From: a virus
Strand: one strand, 5' to 3'
Length of the DNA: 47,621 bases
IMG/VR virus record: IMGVR_UViG_3300038379_000272
Span: 1 to 47,621 of that record
The stretch's first letter is position 1. Every line of letters starts with the position of its first letter. The notes beneath the pieces are model-generated. The model saw nothing but the letters and a program-made list of their open reading frames with translations. It searched no databases and was not told the DNA's origin. The position numbers and the translations under genes are program-made. Of this stretch, positions 8,073-16,870 are shown piece after piece.

Positions 8073-8786
8073 ATGAAGATCCTTATAGTGGGTTCGGGGC
8101 CGGAGTGGGACAAGGCTCCCTTTTCGGATGAGAGCTATCACATCTGGACTTACGGCCTGATCGCCCACCTTTTGCCTCGGGTTAACGTAGTGTTCGAGAT
8201 GCACCGCAGGGACCTCTGGCGGAACTTTCAGTGGGAGACCACTGAGGCGGAGTATGTGGCGAGGCTAAACGGCTTCAACGTGCCCGTTATGATGTGCGAA
8301 GAGCAGTCGGACATTCCGAAGTCGCAGAAGTACCCCTTGAAGGAGATCAGCGAGCTCGTTGGGCCGTACTTTGCCTCGACGATTTCGTATCAGCTCGCCC
8401 TCGCGTGCCTTATTCAGCAGAAGCACGGCGGCGTGAACGAGATTTCGCTCTATGGGTTCGACCTGAAGCATTGGGAGGAGTGGGCGTATCAGCGCCCAAA
8501 TGTAAACCGTCTTATCGGCTTCGCCCAGGGGCTCGGAATTCCCGTGAAGGTGGCGTCGCAGAGTCTGATTGGCATCCCCTGGCTGTACGGCTATGAGGTT
8601 GATCGGGAGCAGGTAAGGGTCAGTACGGCCCTTCTCGAAGAGGATTACGCCCAGCTCGCTGCCCTGATGAACCGGATTGGGGAACATCAGCTCGCGATGG
8701 CGTATGCGAAGGATAAGGCGAAAGAGGAAAAGCGGGGAACTCTTCCCCCGGATCACGTCCCCGATTTACGGAGTGCAGCAGAATGA
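8073..8786 (+). CDS. Hypothetical Rossmann-like protein (DUF115 / sialyltransferase-like pattern)
   Basis: 237 aa, AGGGAG RBS. N-terminal MKILIVGSGPEW, and later ASTISYQLALACL...VNEISLYGFDL. This resembles the xxGNGPS ... G-x-D layout of DUF115/Cst-II-like enzymes. The function call is weak. Confidence 0.3.
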   Translation: MKILIVGSGPEWDKAPFSDESYHIWTYGLIAHLLPRVNVVFEMHRRDLWRNFQWETTEAEYVARLNGFNVPVMMCEEQSDIPKSQKYPLKEISELVGPYFASTISYQLALACLIQQKHGGVNEISLYGFDLKHWEEWAYQRPNVNRLIGFAQGLGIPVKVASQSLIGIPWLYGYEVDREQVRVSTALLEEDYAQLAALMNRIGEHQLAMAYAKDKAKEEKRGTLPPDHVPDLRSAAE

Positions 8787-9046
8787 AAGAGCGGATGCAC
8801 ATTGACTGCGATCCAAAGAAGCTGAGGGAGTACGCCCTTGGGGATGAGGTGACGATCCTCGTCAAGGGTAAGATCGTCGAGCTTCGTGATGGGAAGGACC
8901 CTGAGGTGCCGGAAAAGAAAACGAAAGCCGGCACTATCGGAGAGTATCAGCCTAACGCCTCGATTTCGCTCGAAGTCGAGGAAAAGTCCATTCAGCCCGG
9001 CGGCGCGTTCGCAAAGCTCGTGAGTGACGAGGACGAGGACGACTGA
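8783..9046 (+). CDS. Hypothetical protein with acidic C-terminus
   Basis: 87 aa. ATGA overlap with the upstream gene. Ends SDEDEDD. Confidence 0.55.
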   Translation: MKERMHIDCDPKKLREYALGDEVTILVKGKIVELRDGKDPEVPEKKTKAGTIGEYQPNASISLEVEEKSIQPGGAFAKLVSDEDEDD

Positions 9047-9047
9047 G

Positions 9048-10355
9048 ATGCCTCTTTCGAGAATGGAGAGCCTTCGACAGCAGCGACGGAAGCGACGGCG
9101 CTATGGGGGTAGCGGCTCGGGAAGTCTTAGTCCGACGTTATTGCTCGACCTCACCGGCGGCCCCCTCGATCCGAGGATTACATTTACGAGAGGGTCCACT
9201 GCCTATCGAGTGAACTCCTCTGGACTCCTGGAGAGCGTGGCGAACGACGTGCCACGCTTCGACTATAACCCGACGACGCTCGCGCCGCGTGGGTTGCTGA
9301 TTGAAGAGAGTCGGACGAACTTCGCGCTGCGGAGCGAGGAATTCGATAACGGCTCATGGGCGCAGAATGGCCTCAACACGATCACTCCTAATGTCGCTGT
9401 TGCACCCGATAATACTACCACAGCGGACAAGCTTGTTGAAAACACAAGCAACGTCAATCATTTCGCTATCCAGGGATACACCAAGGCTGCGTCAGCTTTA
9501 GCTTATACATTTAGTTGTTGGGTAAAAGCTGCCGAACGCAACTTCATAAGGCTTTCGATCACAGACGATGGTGGAAATTCAGGCGTTTTTGTTAATTTCA
9601 ACCTATCTACGGGGGCTATACTAACCCAGGGGACTTTTGGTAGCGGATGGTCTGCACAGTCATCTCGTATCGAGCAGTACCCTAACGGTTGGTGGCGTTG
9701 CGTCTTACGCGGGACCTCTCAGGCGCTCACAAATTTGAATACTGCCCTTCGGATTTCTAACGATGGCAGCGGAGGAGCTTATCTGGGCGATGGGGTTTCC
9801 GGGGTTTTCGTGTGGGGCGCGCAACTCGAACAGGCCGAGTTCGAGACGAGTTACATTCCGACGACGAGTGGAAGTGCGTCGAGGAGTGCTGATAATGCGT
9901 TGATTACGGGAGGGGGATTCTCGGGGTTTTTCAATGCGGCGGCGGGGACCATCCTTGTTGTTGGCACTTCGGCACCACTATTCGTAGCCAATCAAGACGC
10001 CTTGCTGGTTGACGATAACACGACAAATGAGGCGTACTTTTCTCGCCGCGTTGCCGGACCTGGACCGTTATTTCAGGTTAATGACGGCGGCGTTACTCAA
10101 GCAGCAATTGGAGCAGGCTCCTGGGGGAATTTAACAAGGGGTAGTATGGCGTCCGCCTACGCTGCCAATGATTTCGCAACCAGTTTTAATGGGGGTGCTG
10201 TGCAGACAGACGCCTCTGGCACATTACCAACAGTTACACAGATGCAAATTGGGCGCCAAGGTGTTGGAGCAAACTATTGGAACGGCTGGATCGAGCGCAT
10301 CCAGTATTGGAACACGCGGCTGACGAACGCGCAACTACAGCAGCTTACGGCGTGA
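9048..10355 (+). CDS. Fibre / spike protein with LamG(concanavalin)-like domain
   Basis: ATG 9048 follows the upstream stop; the listed ORF starts at GTG 9024 inside the upstream gene. The pattern ITFTRGSTAYRVNSSGLLESVANDVPRFDYNP...GLLIEESRTNFALRSEEF is typical of phage fibre or head-spike proteins. Confidence 0.6.
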   Translation: MPLSRMESLRQQRRKRRRYGGSGSGSLSPTLLLDLTGGPLDPRITFTRGSTAYRVNSSGLLESVANDVPRFDYNPTTLAPRGLLIEESRTNFALRSEEFDNGSWAQNGLNTITPNVAVAPDNTTTADKLVENTSNVNHFAIQGYTKAASALAYTFSCWVKAAERNFIRLSITDDGGNSGVFVNFNLSTGAILTQGTFGSGWSAQSSRIEQYPNGWWRCVLRGTSQALTNLNTALRISNDGSGGAYLGDGVSGVFVWGAQLEQAEFETSYIPTTSGSASRSADNALITGGGFSGFFNAAAGTILVVGTSAPLFVANQDALLVDDNTTNEAYFSRRVAGPGPLFQVNDGGVTQAAIGAGSWGNLTRGSMASAYAANDFATSFNGGAVQTDASGTLPTVTQMQIGRQGVGANYWNGWIERIQYWNTRLTNAQLQQLTA

Positions 10356-10362
10356 GGGCACA

Positions 10363-10872
10363 ATGGGCCTCGTAACGATTGACGTTGATCCAGGGATAGG
10401 GGCGGGGCGGAAGCCCATTGGCTTTGATGAGCTCTCAGCGGTCAATTACCAGATCGTTAAGCTTCTGATCGGCGCGGCCGGGAACTTCCAGCTTCTGGAT
10501 AAGGACGACCCCGCGACTCCGATACCTGTGAGACTTACGAATGGGGCCGCGTTTTACACCGCGAGCGGGGGTGGGGGCTCGACAGCCTCGACTGATACCG
10601 TCCAGACCACGCCGACGATGGGGACTTCGAGCGCACAAATTCTCGCTGCGAACGCAAATCGCCTGGCTGCGGTGGTGTTCAACCCACTCTCAGTGGATTT
10701 GGTTATTAACCTGAAGGACGCGGCGGCTATCGCCGAAGGCGTCATTCGGATCGGACCGCGGGCTTACTGGTGCACGCCGCGAGATACGGGAGGGGTCCTC
10801 TTTACAGGGGTTATTAACGGCATCCTCGCCAGTGGTTCGGGCGATGTGACTGCGACGGAGTTGATCGCATGA
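10363..10872 (+). CDS. Hypothetical structural protein
   Basis: 169 aa. Its C-terminal segment (SSAQILAANANRLAAVVFNP...) resembles the C-terminus of the next protein (SSTAIVAARVTRRSLMIQNH...). Confidence 0.55.
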   Translation: MGLVTIDVDPGIGAGRKPIGFDELSAVNYQIVKLLIGAAGNFQLLDKDDPATPIPVRLTNGAAFYTASGGGGSTASTDTVQTTPTMGTSSAQILAANANRLAAVVFNPLSVDLVINLKDAAAIAEGVIRIGPRAYWCTPRDTGGVLFTGVINGILASGSGDVTATELIA

Positions 10873-12443
10873 GGAAACTACTTTTCGCTCTCGGTCTGTT
10901 GCTGGCATTTCCAGCTTTTGCCGATGAGAATGTCATCATCAAGACGCCGGCCGGCGACTCGGCAATGGACGAGACGAACGATGCTGTGAGGGTAAATTGC
11001 GTCGTCGGCTGCGGAGGCTCTGGTGGAACATCCTCTACGGATGATGGCGCCTTTACGGCAGGTTCCGGGTCCGGCACGCCAGCAATGGGCTTCGTGACTA
11101 CTGACGACGTAGACTCCGGTGACGTTGGCGTTGTGGGCATGACTGATGATCGTGCCATGCATACCAACCTTCGCGACGATCAGGGCGACAGCGCGATGGA
11201 TGATGCGAACAATGCAGTTCGCGTCAATATCATCGCAGGGGCAGGTTCGGGTGGGACGGCCGCGGCGGATGATAGCGCCTTCACCATCGCCTCGACGCAA
11301 GTTACCGTTGCGGGCTGCATCGAAGCCACTGATAGTATGGACGCGGGCGATCTCGGTGGCATGAAGTGCGGGGCCGACCGTGAGCTTGATGTTGACGTAG
11401 CGTCGCTTCCAAGCGTCACCATTGGCACCTTTCCTGATAATGAGCCCTTTAATGTGGCTCAGATCAATGGCGTGACGCCTTTGATGGGGAATGGTGTAAC
11501 GGGAACTGGCAGCCTTCGAGTTACGGTAGCGAGTGATAATACGGCCTTCACAGTTAATGCAGCGCAGAGCGGAACGTGGAACATCAACAACATCAGTGGT
11601 ACGGTGTCGTTGCCGACAGGCGCTGCGACCTCTGCTAATCAGAGTACAGAGATCACCGCACTTCAACTAATTGATAATCTGCCCCTAGCAGATGATGCAG
11701 CTTTCACAGTTGCTACCACGAACGTAGTGGCAATAGGTTGTATCGAAGCGACCGACACTATGGACGCTGGTGACGTAGGGGCGGTGAAGTGCGGTAATGA
11801 TCGTGAGTTGGACGTTGATGTGGCTTCGCTTCCGTCTGTGACGATCGGAACTTTCCCCGACAACGAGCCCTTTAACGTCGCGCAGATTAACGGCGTTACG
11901 CCCCTTATGGGCAACGGCGTGACGGGAACTGGTAGCCTTCGCGTCACGGTCGCGAGCGACAACACGGCCTTTACGGTGAATGCGGCGCAAGCGACGGCCG
12001 CGAACCTGAACGCCGAGGTCCAGGGCGATGCGGCGGCGGACGCCACGGTGTCGGGAAACCCTCTCTACATGGGCGGGAGGTCGAGTGAAGCCCGTCCTAC
12101 TGAGGTTACTGCAGATGGTGAAGCGGTCGGTATCTGGTCCACTCGTAGTGGAGCGCAAGTCGTCGCTCCTTACGGAACAGAGGTTGTAGCAACAGGCCAG
12201 GTGAGCGTAGGAACCAGCTCTACCGCCATCGTAGCAGCGCGAGTGACCCGGCGTAGCCTGATGATCCAGAACCACGGCACAACGCCGGCTTTCTGTATGA
12301 CCGGCACGGCGACCACTGGTTCTGGGTTTCGCCTCCCTGGCGTCGATGGTGCGAGCATTACGTTTCCGACGGCGGACGATGTAGCTTGCATCGTGGCGTC
12401 AGGATCGCAAACCGTCTCATTTGTGGAAGTGTACGAACAATGA
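10869..12443 (+). CDS. Repeat-containing fibre-like protein with N-terminal Sec-type signal peptide
   Basis: 524 aa. N-terminus MRKLLFALGLLLAFPAFA|DE. Internal ~100-aa duplication. ATGA overlaps at both ends. Confidence 0.65.
   Translation: MRKLLFALGLLLAFPAFADENVIIKTPAGDSAMDETNDAVRVNCVVGCGGSGGTSSTDDGAFTAGSGSGTPAMGFVTTDDVDSGDVGVVGMTDDRAMHTNLRDDQGDSAMDDANNAVRVNIIAGAGSGGTAAADDSAFTIASTQVTVAGCIEATDSMDAGDLGGMKCGADRELDVDVASLPSVTIGTFPDNEPFNVAQINGVTPLMGNGVTGTGSLRVTVASDNTAFTVNAAQSGTWNINNISGTVSLPTGAATSANQSTEITALQLIDNLPLADDAAFTVATTNVVAIGCIEATDTMDAGDVGAVKCGNDRELDVDVASLPSVTIGTFPDNEPFNVAQINGVTPLMGNGVTGTGSLRVTVASDNTAFTVNAAQATAANLNAEVQGDAAADATVSGNPLYMGGRSSEARPTEVTADGEAVGIWSTRSGAQVVAPYGTEVVATGQVSVGTSSTAIVAARVTRRSLMIQNHGTTPAFCMTGTATTGSGFRLPGVDGASITFPTADDVACIVASGSQTVSFVEVYEQ
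11268..11567 (+). repeat. Coding repeat unit 1 (aa 134-233) of the 10869..12443 protein
   Basis: DDSAFTIASTQVTVAGCIEATDSMDAGD...NTAFTVNAAQ. The last 63 aa are identical to unit 2. Confidence 0.9.
11691..11990 (+). repeat. Coding repeat unit 2 (aa 275-374)
   Basis: DDAAFTVATTNVVAIGCIEATDTMDAGD...NTAFTVNAAQ. Offset from unit 1 is 423 nt. Confidence 0.9.
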
Positions 12444-14164
12444 TCCGTTGGCTTCGCAACCTTCTTCTCGCGGTCGTCCTAGCTTGCGGCCTGACACCGA
12501 GCGCGCAGGCGCAAGACCTCTGGATGAATGTCCCAGGGGGCAGCGGCGGTGCGCCGGAGTCTTTGGGAAGCTGGATCTATCTCGGGTCTCAGACCGCGAG
12601 TGCGTCAGCCACGCTCGATTTCCCCCTAACGAGCTACAGCGGCTACACGCATTTCGTCTTTGTTCTGCATCATCTTACACCAGCGACGGACGCGACCAAT
12701 CTCTGGATACGAACCTCCTCTGATGGGGGGAGTACCTACGATAGCGCCGCGAGCAATTATCGCTGGGCAACACACGCCTTTACAACATCGGCGGGCAATG
12801 CGGCACAAGGCTCAGCCGCCGCGACCGAGATCATCCTGAATGATAACGGCAACACTATCGGAAACCTTTCCGGTGAAGGGTTCACTGGCGAAGTGTGGTT
12901 GGTGCGCCCCTCGGCGGCGCTGGAAACGCGACTTGATTGGAGGGGGCAGTATCGACGTGCCTCTGATAGCCTCTACTTTGGCATCAGCGGTAGCGGGATG
13001 CGCGCGGCATCTGCCGATGTTGATGCTGTGCGCTTTTTGGCTTCGACCGGCAATCTTGGGTCTGGGACCATCGACCTCTACGGCCTTTCGCTGACCAGCA
13101 CTCCGGGCCCTAACGAGCAGATCACCAAGCTGCACGTCAATCAGATCACCGCCACGCCATCGACCGATCAGAATGATTTCAACCCGAGCGGCTGGGACGG
13201 CACCGAGCCCGACAAGGCGACTCATATCCGCATCGGCAACACGGCGAGCATCCGCATCACCGGCCTTGCTGGCGGCACCGAGGGGCGCATTGCCATCCTG
13301 ACGAACGTAACCAGCGGCACGTCCGGCGAGCTACTTATTCTTGAGGACGAGAATGCCTCTTCGACGGCCGCCAATCGCTTCGCTTTTTCCGATGGTATGG
13401 CCCGGTTCCTTATGCCGGGGGCGAGTATTCAGCTCATTTACGACAGCACATCGAGCCGCTGGCGGCAGTCGGCGGGGACGCGAGGGGAAGATCGCTTCGA
13501 CGTGTGGGAGGACCTGAATGGTACGGGCGTCGAAACGGGCACGGCCGTCAGTGGTACGGGCGCGAGCTGTCAAACCGGCACGTTCCTGGCGACCGATACG
13601 ACTGACGCGCCGTTAGGTGTGCTGCAGTGTGATAGCGGGACGACAGCAACTGGCCGCGCCCACGTCGGCAACGCCTCGACGGATAATATCCAGCCCGCTA
13701 AAGGTCCAGCGTTATTTTTAACCAGGGCTACAGTAGAAACGCTCTCCGTCAATGCCAGCGAGGAGTTTCAGGTTTGGGCCGGCTGGCATGATGCAGTGGG
13801 CAAGACTAGCCCGACCGATGGCGTCTACTGGCAGTATGATGTGGATGTTGACACCACTTGGCGCCCCTGTACCGAGGATACCTCGACGCAGGTTTGCAGC
13901 ACCACGGACGGCCCCACGGTGTCGGTGTCGGAGTATCATTGGCTCGGCATCTTCTGTCCGAGCGATTGGATCGGCTGCACGTTCTTCCATAGTACCACTG
14001 GAGCGTCATGGACCATCAGCGGTACAGTGGCCAGCGAGAACCCTCCTGAGGTAGGCGATGAGGTAGGGCTCGGTGTGACTATCAACAAGACTACTGGAAC
14101 GACGCAGCGAAACCTTTCGGTTGATCTGCTTGCTTATCGCTACGACTATGATCGGGGCAGCTAA
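12440..14164 (+). CDS. Large structural-region protein with signal peptide or lipobox-like N-terminus
   Basis: ATG 12440 forms an ATGA overlap with the upstream stop; the listed ORF starts earlier at 12386. 574 aa. N-terminus MIRWLRNLLLAVVLACGLTPSAQA|QD. Confidence 0.6.
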   Translation: MIRWLRNLLLAVVLACGLTPSAQAQDLWMNVPGGSGGAPESLGSWIYLGSQTASASATLDFPLTSYSGYTHFVFVLHHLTPATDATNLWIRTSSDGGSTYDSAASNYRWATHAFTTSAGNAAQGSAAATEIILNDNGNTIGNLSGEGFTGEVWLVRPSAALETRLDWRGQYRRASDSLYFGISGSGMRAASADVDAVRFLASTGNLGSGTIDLYGLSLTSTPGPNEQITKLHVNQITATPSTDQNDFNPSGWDGTEPDKATHIRIGNTASIRITGLAGGTEGRIAILTNVTSGTSGELLILEDENASSTAANRFAFSDGMARFLMPGASIQLIYDSTSSRWRQSAGTRGEDRFDVWEDLNGTGVETGTAVSGTGASCQTGTFLATDTTDAPLGVLQCDSGTTATGRAHVGNASTDNIQPAKGPALFLTRATVETLSVNASEEFQVWAGWHDAVGKTSPTDGVYWQYDVDVDTTWRPCTEDTSTQVCSTTDGPTVSVSEYHWLGIFCPSDWIGCTFFHSTTGASWTISGTVASENPPEVGDEVGLGVTINKTTGTTQRNLSVDLLAYRYDYDRGS

Positions 14165-14400
14165 TGGCGATGGGCGGGCTGATATTTCTATGGCAGGGAG
14201 GAGCTGTTGAACCGTGCTTCGCGCCGAGTGATACACCGCTTGTTGGGGCATGGGTGGCAGAGGCCGCAGCCAGTGGGAGTTTCGTGCCCGAAGGACCTCT
14301 CGCCCCAGGATGGGGAAAAGAGTCTGCCCTTGGTGGGGGGTGGGGTAAGCAGTCCTCACTACCTTCCGGTTGGGGAAAACAGGAGCCAAGAGAATGCTGA
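14164..14400 (+). CDS. Small ORF with three GWGK(E/Q) repeats
   Basis: 78 aa. The start overlaps the upstream stop (TAATG) and the stop overlaps the next start. Repeat PGWGKES..GGWGKQS..SGWGKQE lies at about 14305..14388. Confidence 0.35.
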   Translation: MAMGGLIFLWQGGAVEPCFAPSDTPLVGAWVAEAAASGSFVPEGPLAPGWGKESALGGGWGKQSSLPSGWGKQEPREC

Positions 14401-15059
14401 AGAGTGAAGCAATCGCTACCATCAAGAGGCGTCTCGGCTTTCGAAGCGACCAGGACTCGAACATTACGTTTGAGCTTCAGCAAGCGCAGATCAGGCTCGA
14501 AAAGGGCATACTGCTGCCGAACGGCCGCGGAACCTTCCTCCCCTGGTTCCTCGTGAGCGAGATAAGTGACGCTACGACAACGGCAGGGGAGGAGCGGGTT
14601 CCGGTGCCCTCGGACTTCTTGGCAGAGTACGAGGACAGCGCGCTCTTTTACTACGACGGAACGGCAGCGGATGGCGAACGGTGGCTCGAGCTGGCGAAAG
14701 ACGCTGAGGACTTTCTTCGAGCGCAAAAACTCCCGACAGGTGCGCCGCAGGCGTATTCGCTCAGTGGGGGGTATTTCCGCCTGGCTCCCGTACCGGACGA
14801 CGTGTACACGCTGAAAATCATCTACTACGCCAAAGGAGCGACGATCTCTTCGAGCCTCGATGAGGAGCCGATTTGGCTGCTCGAAGCTGCCGATATGCTG
14901 ATCGCTGAGGCCGGCCGGCGGATGGCAATTCCGCTGCGGGATACGATGGCGAAAGACGACTTCGAGAAGGACCTTGCGCGAGAGACAGCGCGACTGTATG
15001 CCCGCAATGAGGAGCGCATACATGACAACAGACGCTATGTAATGGGCGGAGCTGACTGA
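14394..15059 (+). CDS. Putative head-tail adaptor / virion structural protein
   Basis: AGGAG lies 8 nt upstream of ATG 14394. 221 aa. N-terminus MLKSEAIATIKRRLGFRSD... Precedes the tail fibre. Confidence 0.45.
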   Translation: MLKSEAIATIKRRLGFRSDQDSNITFELQQAQIRLEKGILLPNGRGTFLPWFLVSEISDATTTAGEERVPVPSDFLAEYEDSALFYYDGTAADGERWLELAKDAEDFLRAQKLPTGAPQAYSLSGGYFRLAPVPDDVYTLKIIYYAKGATISSSLDEEPIWLLEAADMLIAEAGRRMAIPLRDTMAKDDFEKDLARETARLYARNEERIHDNRRYVMGGAD

Positions 15060-16612
15060 TGACGATTGAAAGCGCAACATTCCTAAGCCAACTCGTCACG
15101 GCTAACCCTAGCGGCGGCGATGCGAAGGCTGAGGGTGACAACCACATTCGTCTCATCAAGACGGTGTTGCAGAATACCTTTCCGGGGCTTTCGGCGGCCG
15201 TTTCGTTTGGAGGCTGGCACGGAAAAACTGACGCCCTCGACACCAAGACGGGGAACTATACAGCAGTTGCAGGTGACGATGGCAAGGCCCTCTTCTTCAA
15301 CCTTTCGGGGGCAGCGACGCTGACGCTTTTGGCCGCGGCGACAGCCGGCAATGGCTATGCCCTCTTCATCGTTAAGGGTCCAAGTCTCGATCTGCTGACG
15401 ATCGACCCGGCAAGCTCCGAGACGGTGAACGGCCAGACAACGATCACAGTCGGGCCAAATGAGGGCGGCTTCCTGATTTGCAACGGCACCTCGTGGCAGT
15501 TCATCGGCCTCTCATCGCTCTTCACGGGAGAGCGGAGTATCAAGCGTACGGAGAACAACGCCAACGCACAGACGGGCGTGAGGCTCATCCGCGAGCGGAC
15601 GGGTTCGGCGGCGGCCAATGATCTCGGCGTGACGATCGAAGCGCAGCATAAGGATAGTGCCGGCAACCTCGATGTTGTGGGGCGCATCGGCTGGGCGATG
15701 ACCTCGATCACCAATGGGGCGGAGAGCTTAGCGTGGTACATCGAGTCGATCGTCGCCGGGGCGATTGCGACAGCAGATCGTATTTGGAAGGGGCAGGGGC
15801 TGTACGCTGATGGTTTGCTCGATCCTGGCAGGGGGAAGAGTAACTTCCTCGACGTTCAGCGCAACAATGTTTCGCTCTTTCCCGACAATCACATCTTTGG
15901 CTTTCAGTGCGCGAACAACGGCACTGATGCTGCGAACGATCTCGACATTGGTGCAGGCGTAGCGGCCGACGACACCAATGCAGTGATGATCCGCACTGCG
16001 GCTTTGACGAAGCGGCTCGATGCGAATTGGGCGGTGGGAACGAACCAGGGCGGGCTGGATACGGGGGTGGAAGCTAACTCGACGTGGTATTATGTCTGGG
16101 CGATCCGGCGGCCGGACACTGGCGTAACGGACATCCTGTTCAGTGCGAGCGCAACCTCTCCGACGATGCCAGCGAACTATACGCAGAAGCGCCTCGTCTG
16201 GGCCTTCTTCAATGACTCGGCCGGGGCTATTGAGCCTTTCGTGCAGAGGGGGGATGAGTGCATCTGGAGTGATACGCCGGCGGCAGCGAGTGGGACGGCG
16301 AACACGACGACGACGCTGGCGGCACTTGTGCCAGCGATCAATGGGGTGATCGGTCACTTCCGTGGAACGATCGACGGCGGAGGTGGTACGCGCGAGGCTG
16401 TGTGGAGCTCGCTTCACGAGGCGGACGTTGCACCCTCCACTACGGCGGCGCCGCTGGAGACGATGAGGGTGAATGTGAATATCAGTGTCATGGCAGGGGA
16501 GTTTACTCTCATGCTCAGTAATTCACAGACGGTGCGAGTGAGGGCGACAGCCTCGACGGGAGTGGCGCTCTATACCAAGGGTTGGCGCTGGCACCGGGGG
16601 CGTGAAGCCTAG
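15059..16612 (+). CDS. Tail fibre protein
   Basis: 517 aa. The N-terminal motif FLSQLVTANPSGGDAKAEGDNHIRLIKTVLQNTFPGL is typical of podovirus tail-fibre N-termini. Confidence 0.65.
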   Translation: MTIESATFLSQLVTANPSGGDAKAEGDNHIRLIKTVLQNTFPGLSAAVSFGGWHGKTDALDTKTGNYTAVAGDDGKALFFNLSGAATLTLLAAATAGNGYALFIVKGPSLDLLTIDPASSETVNGQTTITVGPNEGGFLICNGTSWQFIGLSSLFTGERSIKRTENNANAQTGVRLIRERTGSAAANDLGVTIEAQHKDSAGNLDVVGRIGWAMTSITNGAESLAWYIESIVAGAIATADRIWKGQGLYADGLLDPGRGKSNFLDVQRNNVSLFPDNHIFGFQCANNGTDAANDLDIGAGVAADDTNAVMIRTAALTKRLDANWAVGTNQGGLDTGVEANSTWYYVWAIRRPDTGVTDILFSASATSPTMPANYTQKRLVWAFFNDSAGAIEPFVQRGDECIWSDTPAAASGTANTTTTLAALVPAINGVIGHFRGTIDGGGGTREAVWSSLHEADVAPSTTAAPLETMRVNVNISVMAGEFTLMLSNSQTVRVRATASTGVALYTKGWRWHRGREA

Positions 16613-16621
16613 AGGTGGTAC

Positions 16622-16870
16622 ATGAAGCTCGCGGCAATAGTTCTACTGGCTGGAATGGCTGGGCCTTCGATCTGCGAAGATAAGGCGATCTGGGCCTCGT
16701 GGCTTCAGCGAGAGTTTAACCAGTATTATGCATTTTCGCTCACGAGCAACAACTATCAGATCGAGGTTTGGATCGACCCAGTCGAGGGTGACTGGACCTT
16801 TCTTGGTGATACTGGCACGCAGTATTGCCTTGTAGTGGCAGGAAATGCTTGGCCAGAGGACCGGCGATGA
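16622..16870 (+). CDS. Small secreted protein (signal peptide)
   Basis: 82 aa. N-terminus MKLAAIVLLAGMAGPSICEDK, with no canonical lipobox. RBS AGAGGTGG. Confidence 0.5.
   Translation: MKLAAIVLLAGMAGPSICEDKAIWASWLQREFNQYYAFSLTSNNYQIEVWIDPVEGDWTFLGDTGTQYCLVVAGNAWPEDRR

Noticed and set aside
11268-11990. Diversity-generating retroelement (template and variable repeat) or CRISPR-like array for the 423-nt-spaced repeats
   Set aside because: No reverse transcriptase is present in the genome. The differences are synonymous changes of all types rather than adenine-specific non-synonymous changes. Both copies are in frame within one gene.
14091-15080. 329-aa minus-strand ORF, and similar long antisense ORFs at 22219..23217, 27115..27906, 28366..29481, 10878..11666 and 11685..12275
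   Set aside because: All lie antisense to well-supported, translationally coupled structural genes and are Arg/Ser/Pro/Cys-rich. They are GC-driven shadow frames.
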